Shown piece after piece: positions 9,530 to 21,287 of a DNA stretch of 64,000 nucleotides. This DNA is from Caldilineae bacterium (lineage in GTDB: Bacteria; Chloroflexota; Anaerolineae; Epilineales; Epilineaceae). The DNA lies in contig JACKBJ010000001.1 in assembly GCA_020634625.1 (NCBI GenBank), forward strand, positions 153,276 through 217,275. The letters run 5' to 3'. Numbering within the stretch: position 1 is the stretch's first letter; each line of letters begins with the position of its first letter. A program made the position numbers and the translations under genes. A model generated the notes under the pieces. That model made no database searches and was not told the origin of the DNA. It was given only the letters and a program-made list of their open reading frames with translations.

Positions 9530-10894
9530 ATGTCCACGCGACTCTTGGGCGGCGCGCTGCTTGCCGCCCTCCTGCTCTGCGCAGCGGCCGTCGCTCCGGC
9601 GCGCGCCGCGAGCTTCGAAGGCGGCGACGAGGTGCTCGTCGCCGAGGGCGAGACCATCCAAGGCAATCTCTACGTCGGAGGCAATCGGATTCGAATCGCC
9701 GGCACGATCGATGGCGATCTGATCTGCGGCGGCACCCAGGTGGAGGTGCTCGAGAGCGGCCGCATCACCGGTGACCTGATGTGCGGCGCCCAGTCGATCG
9801 TGGTCGACGGCGAGGTCGAAGGCGACATCCGTTCGGCTGGGTTCACGCTGCGTGTGGGCCCGACGGGTCGCGTCGGCGGGGAGTTTCTCGGCGCCGGCTT
9901 CAGCCTCGAGCTCCTCGAGGGCAGCCGGATCGGGAACGACGTGCTGGCAGCCGGCGCCCAGGGCTTGATCGGCGGAGACGTGGCGGGTGATCTGCGCTTC
10001 TCCGGCGCGGCGCTCGAGCTCGGGGGCCAGGTCACCGGCAACGTGGAAGCCGAAGTCGGCGGCTCGGAGGACGGCGACCTCGAACAGGGGACGATGTGGA
10101 CCCAGTTCATGCCTGCCGAGCAGCGCCCGGAGATGCCCGAGCGCTTCGCAAAGCCTGGACTGACCGTGGTCGAGGGCGCACGAATCGGTGGCGACTTGAG
10201 CTACCGCGCGCCCGAGGAGGCCGCGTTGCCCAGCGGCGTGGTCGGTGGAGCGACCGACTTCGAGCAGATCGTGGGCGCCGTCGACACCAACGTCGCGAAG
10301 GAGCCGGATACGCCGGCAGCGAGCGTCGTGGCCTGGCTGCTCGGCTTCCTACGCAAGCTGATCTCGCTGTCGATCGTCGGGCTCGTGTTGGCCTGGCTCG
10401 CGCCACGCCTGCTCATGGCCGCCCAGACCGAGGCCTGGAGCAAGCCCCTTCCCAGCGCCAGTGTCGGGCTCCTGACGCTCATCCTGACCGTCATCGGCTT
10501 GGTGACGCTGACCCTCGGCACGATCTTCTCGCTGATCTTCCTGGGCGCAATTCACATCCCGGACCTCCTGCTCCCCCTGCTCTCGGCATCGGGCCTGATC
10601 TTCACGCTCTTGACGGCCGGCATGCTGCTGCTGACCTGGACCGCTCGGGTCGTGATCGGCGTGTTGATCGGCCGCTTCCTGCTAGAGCGCGAGGGCCCGG
10701 CCAACCGCTACGCGGTGCTGCTGGCGGGCCTCTTCGTGTTCGCCCTGCTGGCCAGCCTGCCCTGGATCGGCGGATTGCTGGACCTTGCGGCGATGCTGGT
10801 CGGATTGGGCGCGATCGCGATGTGGTTCTGGCGCGAGTCCGTCGCTCCGCGCTTGCCCGGCCAACCGGGCCCGGCGCCGCTCGCGGCCGACTGA
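9530..10894 (+). CDS. Bactofilin-like (polymer-forming beta-helical repeat) domain fused to a polytopic membrane domain
   Basis: ORF track 9500..10894. I prefer the ATG at 9530 (MSTRLLGGALLAALLLCAAAVAPARA, a signal-peptide-like start preceded by GGAGGTG). Repeats of type GDLICGG..V.V..GRITGDLMCGA..V.V.GEVEGDI are followed by several TM helices (LISLSIVGLVLAWLA, LLTLILTVIGLVTLTLGTIF and others). It is a paralog of 25579..27069. Confidence 0.8.
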   Translation: MSTRLLGGALLAALLLCAAAVAPARAASFEGGDEVLVAEGETIQGNLYVGGNRIRIAGTIDGDLICGGTQVEVLESGRITGDLMCGAQSIVVDGEVEGDIRSAGFTLRVGPTGRVGGEFLGAGFSLELLEGSRIGNDVLAAGAQGLIGGDVAGDLRFSGAALELGGQVTGNVEAEVGGSEDGDLEQGTMWTQFMPAEQRPEMPERFAKPGLTVVEGARIGGDLSYRAPEEAALPSGVVGGATDFEQIVGAVDTNVAKEPDTPAASVVAWLLGFLRKLISLSIVGLVLAWLAPRLLMAAQTEAWSKPLPSASVGLLTLILTVIGLVTLTLGTIFSLIFLGAIHIPDLLLPLLSASGLIFTLLTAGMLLLTWTARVVIGVLIGRFLLEREGPANRYAVLLAGLFVFALLASLPWIGGLLDLAAMLVGLGAIAMWFWRESVAPRLPGQPGPAPLAAD

Positions 10895-10921
10895 TCCATC
10901 CGTGAGGGCAGCCACCCAGAT

Positions 10922-10949
10922 GCGCCGGGTCCCCTCGGGGACCCGGCGC
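10922..10949 (+). terminator. GC-rich hairpin after the 9530..10894 gene
   Basis: GCGCCGGGTCCCC / GGGGACCCGGCGC inverted repeat, 28 nt after the stop codon. No clear U-tract. Confidence 0.4.
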
Positions 10950-11223
10950 ACTGGCTTGATCTCGCAGCGGCTCCAATCGGGACCGCGTGACCGCCGCAGC
11001 GCCTCCGTTACCGTCCACGCCTTCGACAGGGCAAGCGCCGCACCGGGTCGGTTGGCGGGCGACGCATTGCCGCCTCCGCCGGCGAGACAGGCCGTCGTCG
11101 CCCAAGGCTCCCGCCAGACCTCGCCGCGACGCCGGCGTCGCTTCCATGCTATCCTTGCCCGTTGACCGTCAGTCCGAAGATCGTCCGGCCAGGACGCTGG
11201 CAGCGTGGGAGACGCGGGATCGC

Positions 11224-14145
<2,922 letters not shown>

Positions 14146-14241
14146 CCGGCCCGTTCCGGCTGTGGCACACTGCAGCCGCATCGCTCCGCGCCGCGTTGGC
14201 GGCCGGCCGCCGTTCCTCAATGAGGAAGCAAGGAGTCTCCC

Positions 14242-15375
14242 ATGACGCGAAGCGCTCGCGCCCCCATCATCCTCGGCCTGCTGTTGGGCCTGCTGCCTCT
14301 GGTCGCGGCAGGTTGCGGCTCCGACCCGACACCGGCTCCGCGCCGCCTGCCGGAGCCGAAGGCCGCCGAGGTCGTGGCCTTGCCCACACCGACCGAGAGC
14401 CCGACCGCCGTGGCCGAGCCGGCGGTCGACGAGGACCAGGCGGCGGAGCTCGACACGGTCGTGACGACGACGCTCGAGGTCGGGCTGCCCAGCGATGGCG
14501 ATGCGCCGATCGTCCAGTTCGCGCGCATCGAGCCCAGTCCTTGGGAGCCCGAGATTCTTGCCGACATGCATCCCAACTTCTCGCTGCAGGCCAACGGCCG
14601 CATCTTCTACGAGTTCGATGGTGGCAGCAGCCGCGAGGGCTGGTATCAGACGGCCCTGACCCCGACGCTCGCCCTGGACTTCGTGAAGCTCCTCTGGGAC
14701 GAGGTTGGCATCGCCGAGCTCGCCGAAGCGCTCGAAGCCCCCGACCCGGCCTTCGAGACCGAACTGAACGGGCAGCCGATCGGATCGGGACCCATCGGCG
14801 TCATTTATGTCGCCTCGACTGCCGGCGAGGTGCGTCTGGTGGTCTCCCAGTCCGATCTCGAGAATCCCAGCGGGCCCTATGCCGATCGGCTCAAGCGACT
14901 CGACGACATCATCCGGGCGCTCCAGCTCTGGCGCAACTACACCGAGTCCGAGGCATCGGATCTGGTCAAGACCGGAGTCGCTGGGACCCTCGGCTGGTGG
15001 CTCGACCGTCGCGTTCCCTACACGCCCGAAGCGGCGCTGGCCTTTGCGACGCTCGCGCGAGGCTATCTCCCGGCGAACGCCAACGTGGCCAGCTGGCCCC
15101 TTCAAGGTGCCGACGACCTCGCGCTCGCCGAGCAGGTCGACGCCGGCTTCGGCGCCGATCCCGTCGAGATCGCCCTGTCGCGCGACGACTACGTTCTGGT
15201 GCGGGCCGAGGAGCGCCGGCGCGGCGAGAGCTTCTGGGGTCCCTTGTGGCAGGTGGCGGATGGCAGCCGGTACCTGATCGGCGTGCGTCCGGCCGTTCCC
15301 GGCGCCAACCACAGCGTGATCGACTACCGGTACGGGGTGCCCAAGCGCGGCATGCAGCCGGCAGGAGGCGACTGA
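14242..15375 (+). CDS. Hypothetical lipoprotein
   Basis: 377 aa. Lipobox LPLVAAGC after a positively charged N-terminus. AAGGAG RBS about 8 nt upstream. No recognisable catalytic motif. Confidence 0.7.
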   Translation: MTRSARAPIILGLLLGLLPLVAAGCGSDPTPAPRRLPEPKAAEVVALPTPTESPTAVAEPAVDEDQAAELDTVVTTTLEVGLPSDGDAPIVQFARIEPSPWEPEILADMHPNFSLQANGRIFYEFDGGSSREGWYQTALTPTLALDFVKLLWDEVGIAELAEALEAPDPAFETELNGQPIGSGPIGVIYVASTAGEVRLVVSQSDLENPSGPYADRLKRLDDIIRALQLWRNYTESEASDLVKTGVAGTLGWWLDRRVPYTPEAALAFATLARGYLPANANVASWPLQGADDLALAEQVDAGFGADPVEIALSRDDYVLVRAEERRRGESFWGPLWQVADGSRYLIGVRPAVPGANHSVIDYRYGVPKRGMQPAGGD

Positions 15376-15570
15376 GCGCTGGCGACTCGGCGTGCACCCG
15401 ATCCGGTCCGCGTCGGATCGAGACCTGGCTCAGGCTGGAGCGCGGGGCGGCCCGGGGTTGGAAGCCTGCTTCCGACCGCGCACAATTGAGGTCGATCACA
15501 GGCAGACCCACTGTCGGGCACCGATGCCGAAGTCGGGCCCGCCGAACCGATCCAAGGAGAACGAAACACC

Positions 15571-16209
15571 GTGAAGAAGCAGTTGCAGATCGCCCTCCGA
15601 GGCGCAGCCCTGAGCATGGCCCTGGTGGGCATGGTGGCCTGCGGCGACGCCGCGTCCGACTCGCCGTCGGAATCGGCCGGCGTGGAGGCGCCGGTCGACG
15701 GGGCCGGTAGCGCCGACACGAGCGACACGGCCGAGCAGGCGCCGGCCGCCACCGAGGCCTCCGCCGTCGAGTCCGGCGGCGAGGATGCATCGGCCGGCAG
15801 CGAGCTGGTCGGATGCGCCGCCTTCGAGGCCGAGTCGCGCTTCCTGCCGGTCGCCGACCTGGTCGCCGCGATCGAGGATCCGACCTGCGAGGCCGGTCAG
15901 AACCTGGTCTTCGTCGACGCGCGACCGCAGCTCGACTTCGAGTACGGTCACATCCCGGGCGCCATCAACGTGCCCTACTTCAACGTGGCGGCCTTCGTCG
16001 ACGAGCTGCCGCGCGACAAGTGGCTCGTCATCTACTGTGAGTGCCCGCACGCCGAGGCGGTGCAGGCCGCCGACGCCTTGACCAGTCCCGAGAACGGCTT
16101 CACGATGGTCAAGGTCATCGACGAGGGTCTGGGTGGCTGGCGCGACCTCGGGCGCGAGATCGTGACCGGCGGCGACGCCGCCGCCGGCGAGGCGACGAGC
16201 GAGGGCTAG
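15571..16209 (+). CDS. Rhodanese-domain lipoprotein
   Basis: 212 aa. GTG start preceded by AAGGAGA. Lipobox LVGMVAC. Rhodanese-like core VFVDARPQLDFEYGHIPGAINVPY ... LVIYCECPHAEA. Confidence 0.8.
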   Translation: MKKQLQIALRGAALSMALVGMVACGDAASDSPSESAGVEAPVDGAGSADTSDTAEQAPAATEASAVESGGEDASAGSELVGCAAFEAESRFLPVADLVAAIEDPTCEAGQNLVFVDARPQLDFEYGHIPGAINVPYFNVAAFVDELPRDKWLVIYCECPHAEAVQAADALTSPENGFTMVKVIDEGLGGWRDLGREIVTGGDAAAGEATSEG

Positions 16210-16224
16210 CCCGCATGGTCGACG

Positions 16225-16269
16225 CAGGGCGCCGACTGCCGCCGGGAATCGGTCGGGGTCGGCGCCCTG
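16225..16269 (+). terminator. Stem-loop between the rhodanese gene and the next lipoprotein gene
   Basis: CAGGGCGCCGA (16225..16235) pairs with TCGGCGCCCTG (16259..16269), an 11-bp stem with a 23-nt loop. Function (terminator or regulatory) is unclear. Confidence 0.25.
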
Positions 16270-16283
16270 CCTGTCGTGAGGGC

Positions 16284-16820
16284 ATGCGATGGCCCGTGCG
16301 GCTGGCGGGCCTGCTCCTGCTGGCGGCCACGGTCGGCGGCTGCGGTGACCGTCCCACCGGGCGCCTCGAGCTTCAGCTCCGCATCGCCGAAGCCGATCTG
16401 GGCGGATTGGCCGAGCTCCGGCTCGAACCCGACTGGGCGGGAGCCAGCCGTCACCCGAATCGCGACGCCGGTTGGCGACGGATCGCCCTGCTCGAGCGGA
16501 GCCTCGCCCTGTCGCCCGCGGGCAGCCTGTCGGTATCGGTCGCCTCGGGCGATCTTCCCGCCGGTCGCTACGATCGGGTGCTGGTCTCCACGCCGATCGT
16601 CTCGGGGCGGACTTCGAGCGGCGCGGTCGTGCCGGTCGTGAGCCACATCGAGCCGATCGCGCGAGACTTCGAGCTGCCCGGCGGGTCGAGCCTGCGCATC
16701 GCGATCGATCTGGTGCTGCGTCCGGCAGCCGCCGGCGGCCAGGGATTCGAGATCTTCGTCAAACAGGCCGAGCTCCTCGAGACTTCCCAGGCGGAGGCCG
16801 GCGGCGAGGTCGGCCGATGA
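16284..16820 (+). CDS. Small lipoprotein, DUF4382-like
   Basis: ORF track 16041..16820. The plausible start is the ATG at 16284 (MRWPVRLAGLLLLAATVGGC lipobox). The body resembles DUF4382 lipoproteins (..LPAGRYDRVLV...IDLVLRP). The family call is from memory only. Confidence 0.6.
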   Translation: MRWPVRLAGLLLLAATVGGCGDRPTGRLELQLRIAEADLGGLAELRLEPDWAGASRHPNRDAGWRRIALLERSLALSPAGSLSVSVASGDLPAGRYDRVLVSTPIVSGRTSSGAVVPVVSHIEPIARDFELPGGSSLRIAIDLVLRPAAAGGQGFEIFVKQAELLETSQAEAGGEVGR

Positions 16821-17605
16821 CGCGGCCGCGTGGCTTCGGCCTGGTCGCCAGCCGGCTCTGGGAGATCGAGGGCGGCGATGCCGAGACGATCGCGCGCCGC
16901 GCGCGCGCGATGGGGCTTGGCTGGGTCCTGATCGAGCTCACCCGAGAAGGCCGCGAGCTGGTGCCTCCGGCGGCGCGGCCGGCCCTGTCCCGGATCACCG
17001 ATCGCTTGCAGGCGCGCGGCATTGCCGTCTTCGGTGCCGCCAGCCCGGCTCGATCTCGCGAACCCGATGCCGACGATGCACGGCCGGGGGCCGAGCTTGC
17101 CCGAGACTATTCCGTCGACGGCTGGTTCCAGCCCCTGCGCGTCCACCCGCCGCAGACTGGAGGCCATCGGTCGGTGTCGCAGCGATCGCGCGTCATGACC
17201 CGCGCATCCCGGCAGATCGAGCCTGGACCTGAACGGACCGCGTTCGTGGCATCGCCGGAGCCCCTTCTCCTCTGGGTGCCGAGCCCGGGCGCCGTCGGCC
17301 TGTGCCTGGTCGATGCAAGCCTGCATGACCTGGCCGTTCCCATCTTGGATCTGGCATGCCAGGCAAACCGACGGCTGCCGAGTGCGGCGCGGGAGAGCCG
17401 TCTCGGCGAGTTTCTTGGTCTGGCCTCGGAGGCCGGTTGGGAGAGCCATGGCCTTGCCGATTGGAACCTGCTCGATCCGGTCGAGCTGGCCCTGCTGTTC
17501 CGTCCTCGCAGGGCGACGGAGCTAGCGACCGGATCGGAGCCAAGGCAGCCAGCAACAGGCCTCCGCCGCCCCGGAGAGGCGCCACTCCCGCCCGTCGAGG
17601 TATAG
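16817..17605 (+). CDS. Hypothetical protein
   Basis: ORF track 16472..17605. The ATG at 16817 forms an ATGA overlap with the upstream stop (translational coupling). 262 aa with moderate GC3 bias and no recognised motif. The 3' end overlaps the convergent gene by 84 nt, so the real C-terminus is uncertain. Confidence 0.45.
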   Translation: MTRPRGFGLVASRLWEIEGGDAETIARRARAMGLGWVLIELTREGRELVPPAARPALSRITDRLQARGIAVFGAASPARSREPDADDARPGAELARDYSVDGWFQPLRVHPPQTGGHRSVSQRSRVMTRASRQIEPGPERTAFVASPEPLLLWVPSPGAVGLCLVDASLHDLAVPILDLACQANRRLPSAARESRLGEFLGLASEAGWESHGLADWNLLDPVELALLFRPRRATELATGSEPRQPATGLRRPGEAPLPPVEV

Positions 17606-20074
17606 CCGCGCTGGCAGCTCGCGCCCCGAGGCGTCCCAGACGTGCAGGCTGGCCGCCGCTACGCCGCGCGTCCATTCGGCCGCGAGACCGAGGCTGCCCA
17701 GCGACAGCGCGCGCGCCGAAGCCGGCGCAGCCAGACGTGCCGCCTCGAGCTCGAGCCAGCCGGCAACGACGCGATTGGTGACGACCACCAGGCCGCTGCC
17801 GTGATCGACCGCGAAGGGCTGCCGACCCGGCTGCAGCGGATCCGCGTCCCTCGGTTCCGTCTCGGACCGGGCCGGCCGCAAGCGAAGCGACCAGGCCACG
17901 GGCGCTTCGCTGGCCACGATCTCGATGCCATCGCCCCTGGGCTCTGGCGCTCCGTCGTGCGCCCGCTGGGGCGCCACGGCCTTGGCCTGCCTGGCTGTCG
18001 CGGCGGCATCGGCCTGCCAGGGGCTGGGACACCGGCTGCCATAGGCCGCCGCCACGATGGCCAGGTCGGCCAGGCTCATGCGGCCATCGCCATCCAGATC
18101 GGCACAGTCGGGGTCGAAGGGCGGATCCGTCTTCAGCTGCCCGGCCACTCGCGCGACGTCGCTCAGGTCGACGCGGCAGTCGGGGACGACATCGCCCAGA
18201 CGCAGCTCGCCGGTCGGCAGGCGGTTCAGGCCGCGGCGCAGCGAGATCGCTCCCAGGTCCGCGACCAGGCCGCAGGCCAGGCTGGCGGTGACCTCGAGGC
18301 TGCCGGCGGGCAGGCCATCGATGGCGTAGCGGCCACTGATGCCGGTCCAGCCCGCACGATCGCCGACCCAGACGAGGGCCGACTCGACCGGTCGACCCGC
18401 GAGCGTCAGCCGTCCGGTTGCCAAGGCAGCCTCGCTGGGGCAGACCGGGTTGGCGAAGCGGACGCTGGTCGCCACCGTCTGCCCACACGGGCTGTCCTCG
18501 ACCTGGAAGCCCGAGACCTCGACCTCGCCGCCGAGGAAGGGCAGGAGATCCAGCCCGCGCGGCACCACGAAGGCGCTTTCCTCACCCGCGCAGTCCAGCA
18601 GCACGAAGCCGTCCAGATCGCAGTTGAAGCGGCGCCCGCGAAACCCCAACCGACCCTGGCGCGTGATGGCCTCGTAGGTGGGCGGATCCAGCGCAACCGA
18701 GGCATGGACCAGGGCGGCCGGATCGTCCCGGCGTCGGGCGCGCCACAGCACGTGTAGCCGCGACAGGGCGTCGATCGCGGCGATGGGGTGTTCACCGTGG
18801 CTGACGATTCGGCTGCCGTCGACCCGGCTGGGCAACAGCTCGGCCTGTCCGTCGGAGACGCTGGCATAGATTCGCGAACCTTCGGAATCGTCACGCGACT
18901 CACGCCAGACGGCGAGCACCCGCCCTCCCGGGCCCGCCGCCAGGCTCGCCTCGAGCAGGGCCCCACGCGTCGGCAGGTAGACCCTCCGGTCGGGTTCCCA
19001 GAAGCGGTCGCGTCCCGGCAACCGCGCCATGCGCAGCTGGCCCTGGCCGCGGCGCTGAATCCACAGCGCATAGACCTGGCCATCGCTGGCCGCCGCCAAT
19101 CGCGGCGACTCTTGGGGGCTGGCGTCCGAGCGGGTGCTCAGGCGCGCGTTGGGCCACCAGACGCGGCCACCGGGCGGCAGGACGCTGGCGTAGATCTCGC
19201 TTTCTCCGCTTCGGGTATCCTGCCAGGCGGCGTGTAGCCAGCCATCCTTGGCGATCGCGAGAGCCGGCGCCCGCTGATCGCCTTGCGGCGGATGGTCGAA
19301 AGGCTGGTTGGGCAGCCACTCGCCGCTCGAGACGCGCGCCGTGTAGTACAGATCGGCGCTGCCCCGCCGATAGTCCTCCCAGACGATGTGCACCGTCCCG
19401 TAGGGATCCGCCGCGATCGCCGGCGCTGCCTGGCTGGTGCCGGGAGCATCGTCGTTGACCCGGACTGGCTCGGTCCAGACGCGCCGGCCGGCCGGAAGCC
19501 GTGTGTGGTAGATGTCGGCGTCGACGCCGCTGGCCTGCTCGTAGGCCACATGGACCGCTCCGAGCCCATCGATCGCGATCGCCGTGCGTCCGATTGTTTG
19601 GCCGAGTCCGGCATGCCAGACCCGGATATCGGACGACCAGCTGTCCTCGCCCGGCAGGAGCCGCGCATAGTAGAGGGCATCTCCTGGGGCCAGGCGGTCA
19701 TCGACCCAGACGGCGTGCAAGCTGCCCTCGGCTCCCGCGGCCAGCGCCAGGTTGCGCTGGGCAGCGCCGCTGGCATCGTCGTCGACCGCCACCGGCACGC
19801 CCCAACGGAGCTCGGACTGCTGGTTCGGCGCGGCCGCCACCGAATGACCCGCGAGCGTCGACGGAGCCAAGGTGCGCGACCCGATCGTCGGCTGCCCGAG
19901 CCGTTCCGGGCCGGACTGAGACAGCGGCAGCGAAACCAGACCCGAACCGCCGAGCGTCAGGGCCAGCAGGACGGCGGCCCGTCGATGCACCGGTCGACGG
20001 TCCACGGGCCGCTCGACCTGGCGGCGCCCTGGCCGCTGCCGCGCGATCGACGTGGGCTCGGGATCGGGAGTCAT
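17522..20074 (-). CDS. Large secreted BNR/sialidase-like repeat protein with carboxypeptidase-regulatory-like and dockerin-like (DxDxDG) modules
   Basis: ORF track 17522..20134. I prefer the ATG at 20074, 5 nt after the upstream stop. Repeated strands of the type VHIVWEDYRRGSADLYYTA, LHAAWQDTRSGESEIYASV, VLAVWRESRDDSEGSRIYASV. Then GRYAIDGLPAGSLEVTA, and CADLDGDGRMSLADLAIVAAAYG (dockerin/EF-hand-like). Confidence 0.75.
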   Translation of the reverse strand: MTPDPEPTSIARQRPGRRQVERPVDRRPVHRRAAVLLALTLGGSGLVSLPLSQSGPERLGQPTIGSRTLAPSTLAGHSVAAAPNQQSELRWGVPVAVDDDASGAAQRNLALAAGAEGSLHAVWVDDRLAPGDALYYARLLPGEDSWSSDIRVWHAGLGQTIGRTAIAIDGLGAVHVAYEQASGVDADIYHTRLPAGRRVWTEPVRVNDDAPGTSQAAPAIAADPYGTVHIVWEDYRRGSADLYYTARVSSGEWLPNQPFDHPPQGDQRAPALAIAKDGWLHAAWQDTRSGESEIYASVLPPGGRVWWPNARLSTRSDASPQESPRLAAASDGQVYALWIQRRGQGQLRMARLPGRDRFWEPDRRVYLPTRGALLEASLAAGPGGRVLAVWRESRDDSEGSRIYASVSDGQAELLPSRVDGSRIVSHGEHPIAAIDALSRLHVLWRARRRDDPAALVHASVALDPPTYEAITRQGRLGFRGRRFNCDLDGFVLLDCAGEESAFVVPRGLDLLPFLGGEVEVSGFQVEDSPCGQTVATSVRFANPVCPSEAALATGRLTLAGRPVESALVWVGDRAGWTGISGRYAIDGLPAGSLEVTASLACGLVADLGAISLRRGLNRLPTGELRLGDVVPDCRVDLSDVARVAGQLKTDPPFDPDCADLDGDGRMSLADLAIVAAAYGSRCPSPWQADAAATARQAKAVAPQRAHDGAPEPRGDGIEIVASEAPVAWSLRLRPARSETEPRDADPLQPGRQPFAVDHGSGLVVVTNRVVAGWLELEAARLAAPASARALSLGSLGLAAEWTRGVAAASLHVWDASGRELPARLYLDGREWRLSGAAEACCWLPWLRSGR

Positions 20075-20078
20075 GTCC

Positions 20079-21281
20079 CTAATATAGCAGCCGCGGATCA
20101 CGGCCGGCCTCCACCATGGCCGCCAGCGCCGCATCGTATCGCGGCGCGATCCGCGACCAGTCGAAGCGTGCCATCGCCTGACGCAGGCGCTCGTCCCAGA
20201 TCAGCCGCGGCGCGACGGAGGCGCGCGAGACGGCCTCGATCAAGGCATCGGCCAGCGTGCCTGCCGGATACAAGGTCTCGGAATGCCATTCTGGCGGGAC
20301 GATCTCGGGATAGGCCAGCCGGTCGGGCAAGATCGGCCGACAGCCGCAGGCGATCGCTTCGCAGACCGAGACGCCGAAGAACTCGTGCGCCGCGCTCGAG
20401 ACGACGAGATCGGATTGCCATAGCCAGGCGGCGTAGTCGCTTCGGCGGGCCACGTGACCGAACTGCACGATGCGATCGGGCCAGCGCCGACGCGCCGCCT
20501 CGAAGACCGGCGGCACCGAGACGAAGGACTCGCCGAGCAGCACGAGCTCGAAGTCGAGGCCGCGTGCGTGCAGCACCTGGATCGCATCGAAGAAGGACTC
20601 GGGGTCCTTGTCGTGCTCCCAACGATGATTCCAGAGGATTCGCGGCGGACCCGGCCGTCGCGCTCGCGGCGGCGAGCCTTCGAGCGATGCCAGATCGAGT
20701 CCGACGGGCTGGATCTCGCAGCGCGCCGTCAGCGTCGTGACGGCCTGGGGCTCGCGCGCATCCGGGAAACCGTTCAGGAATCCCGGCAGCGCCGCGAGAA
20801 AGCTGTCCCGGTTGTAGGCGGAGTTCCACCAGACGCGATCGGCGGCCAGTGCCGAGCTGAGGTTCACGAAGGGATAGTGCAGATCGCGCCGCGCGGCGCG
20901 GGCTCGGCGGGATCGGTTCCAGCCGGGATGCGGCTCCAGCGCGGGATAGGCCAGCTGGTTCTCGTGCATGTAGAGGACGACCGGGACCGATGTGAGCCGA
21001 TCGCGGACCAGGCCCAATAGGCCGGCCAGGTCGATCATGTCGCTGACCAGCAGCACCTCCGGCTGCCAGCCCGAGCCGACCAGGGCGTGGAGCTGGCGAG
21101 CGATGCTCAGCGCAGCACCGTGCATCCGCCACTTCCAGAAGCGTCCGGGCATGGACAGGAGACGCAGATCGTGGCGGGTCGACGCCTGGTAGCCCTCCGC
21201 CCAGGCCTGGTGCGAGCCGGTGAGATAGGGCTCGATGAGCAGGACGCGCAGTGGCTCAGGCGGAAGGCGACCCAAGGGCAT
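20079..21281 (-). CDS. DUF3524 + GT-B (GT4-like) glycosyltransferase, homolog of animal GTDC1/QTMAN (tRNA-queuosine mannosyltransferase)
   Basis: 400 aa. N-terminus: RVLLIEPYLTGSHQAW...MPGRFWKWRMHGAAL. C-terminal half: ILWNHRWEHDKDPESFF, LLGESF, AAHEFFGVSVCEAIACGCRPILPDRLAYPEI. I recognise these strings as near-identical to human GTDC1, from memory and not searched. Confidence 0.8.
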   Translation of the reverse strand: MPLGRLPPEPLRVLLIEPYLTGSHQAWAEGYQASTRHDLRLLSMPGRFWKWRMHGAALSIARQLHALVGSGWQPEVLLVSDMIDLAGLLGLVRDRLTSVPVVLYMHENQLAYPALEPHPGWNRSRRARAARRDLHYPFVNLSSALAADRVWWNSAYNRDSFLAALPGFLNGFPDAREPQAVTTLTARCEIQPVGLDLASLEGSPPRARRPGPPRILWNHRWEHDKDPESFFDAIQVLHARGLDFELVLLGESFVSVPPVFEAARRRWPDRIVQFGHVARRSDYAAWLWQSDLVVSSAAHEFFGVSVCEAIACGCRPILPDRLAYPEIVPPEWHSETLYPAGTLADALIEAVSRASVAPRLIWDERLRQAMARFDWSRIAPRYDAALAAMVEAGRDPRLLY

Positions 21282-21287
21282 CCGGGT

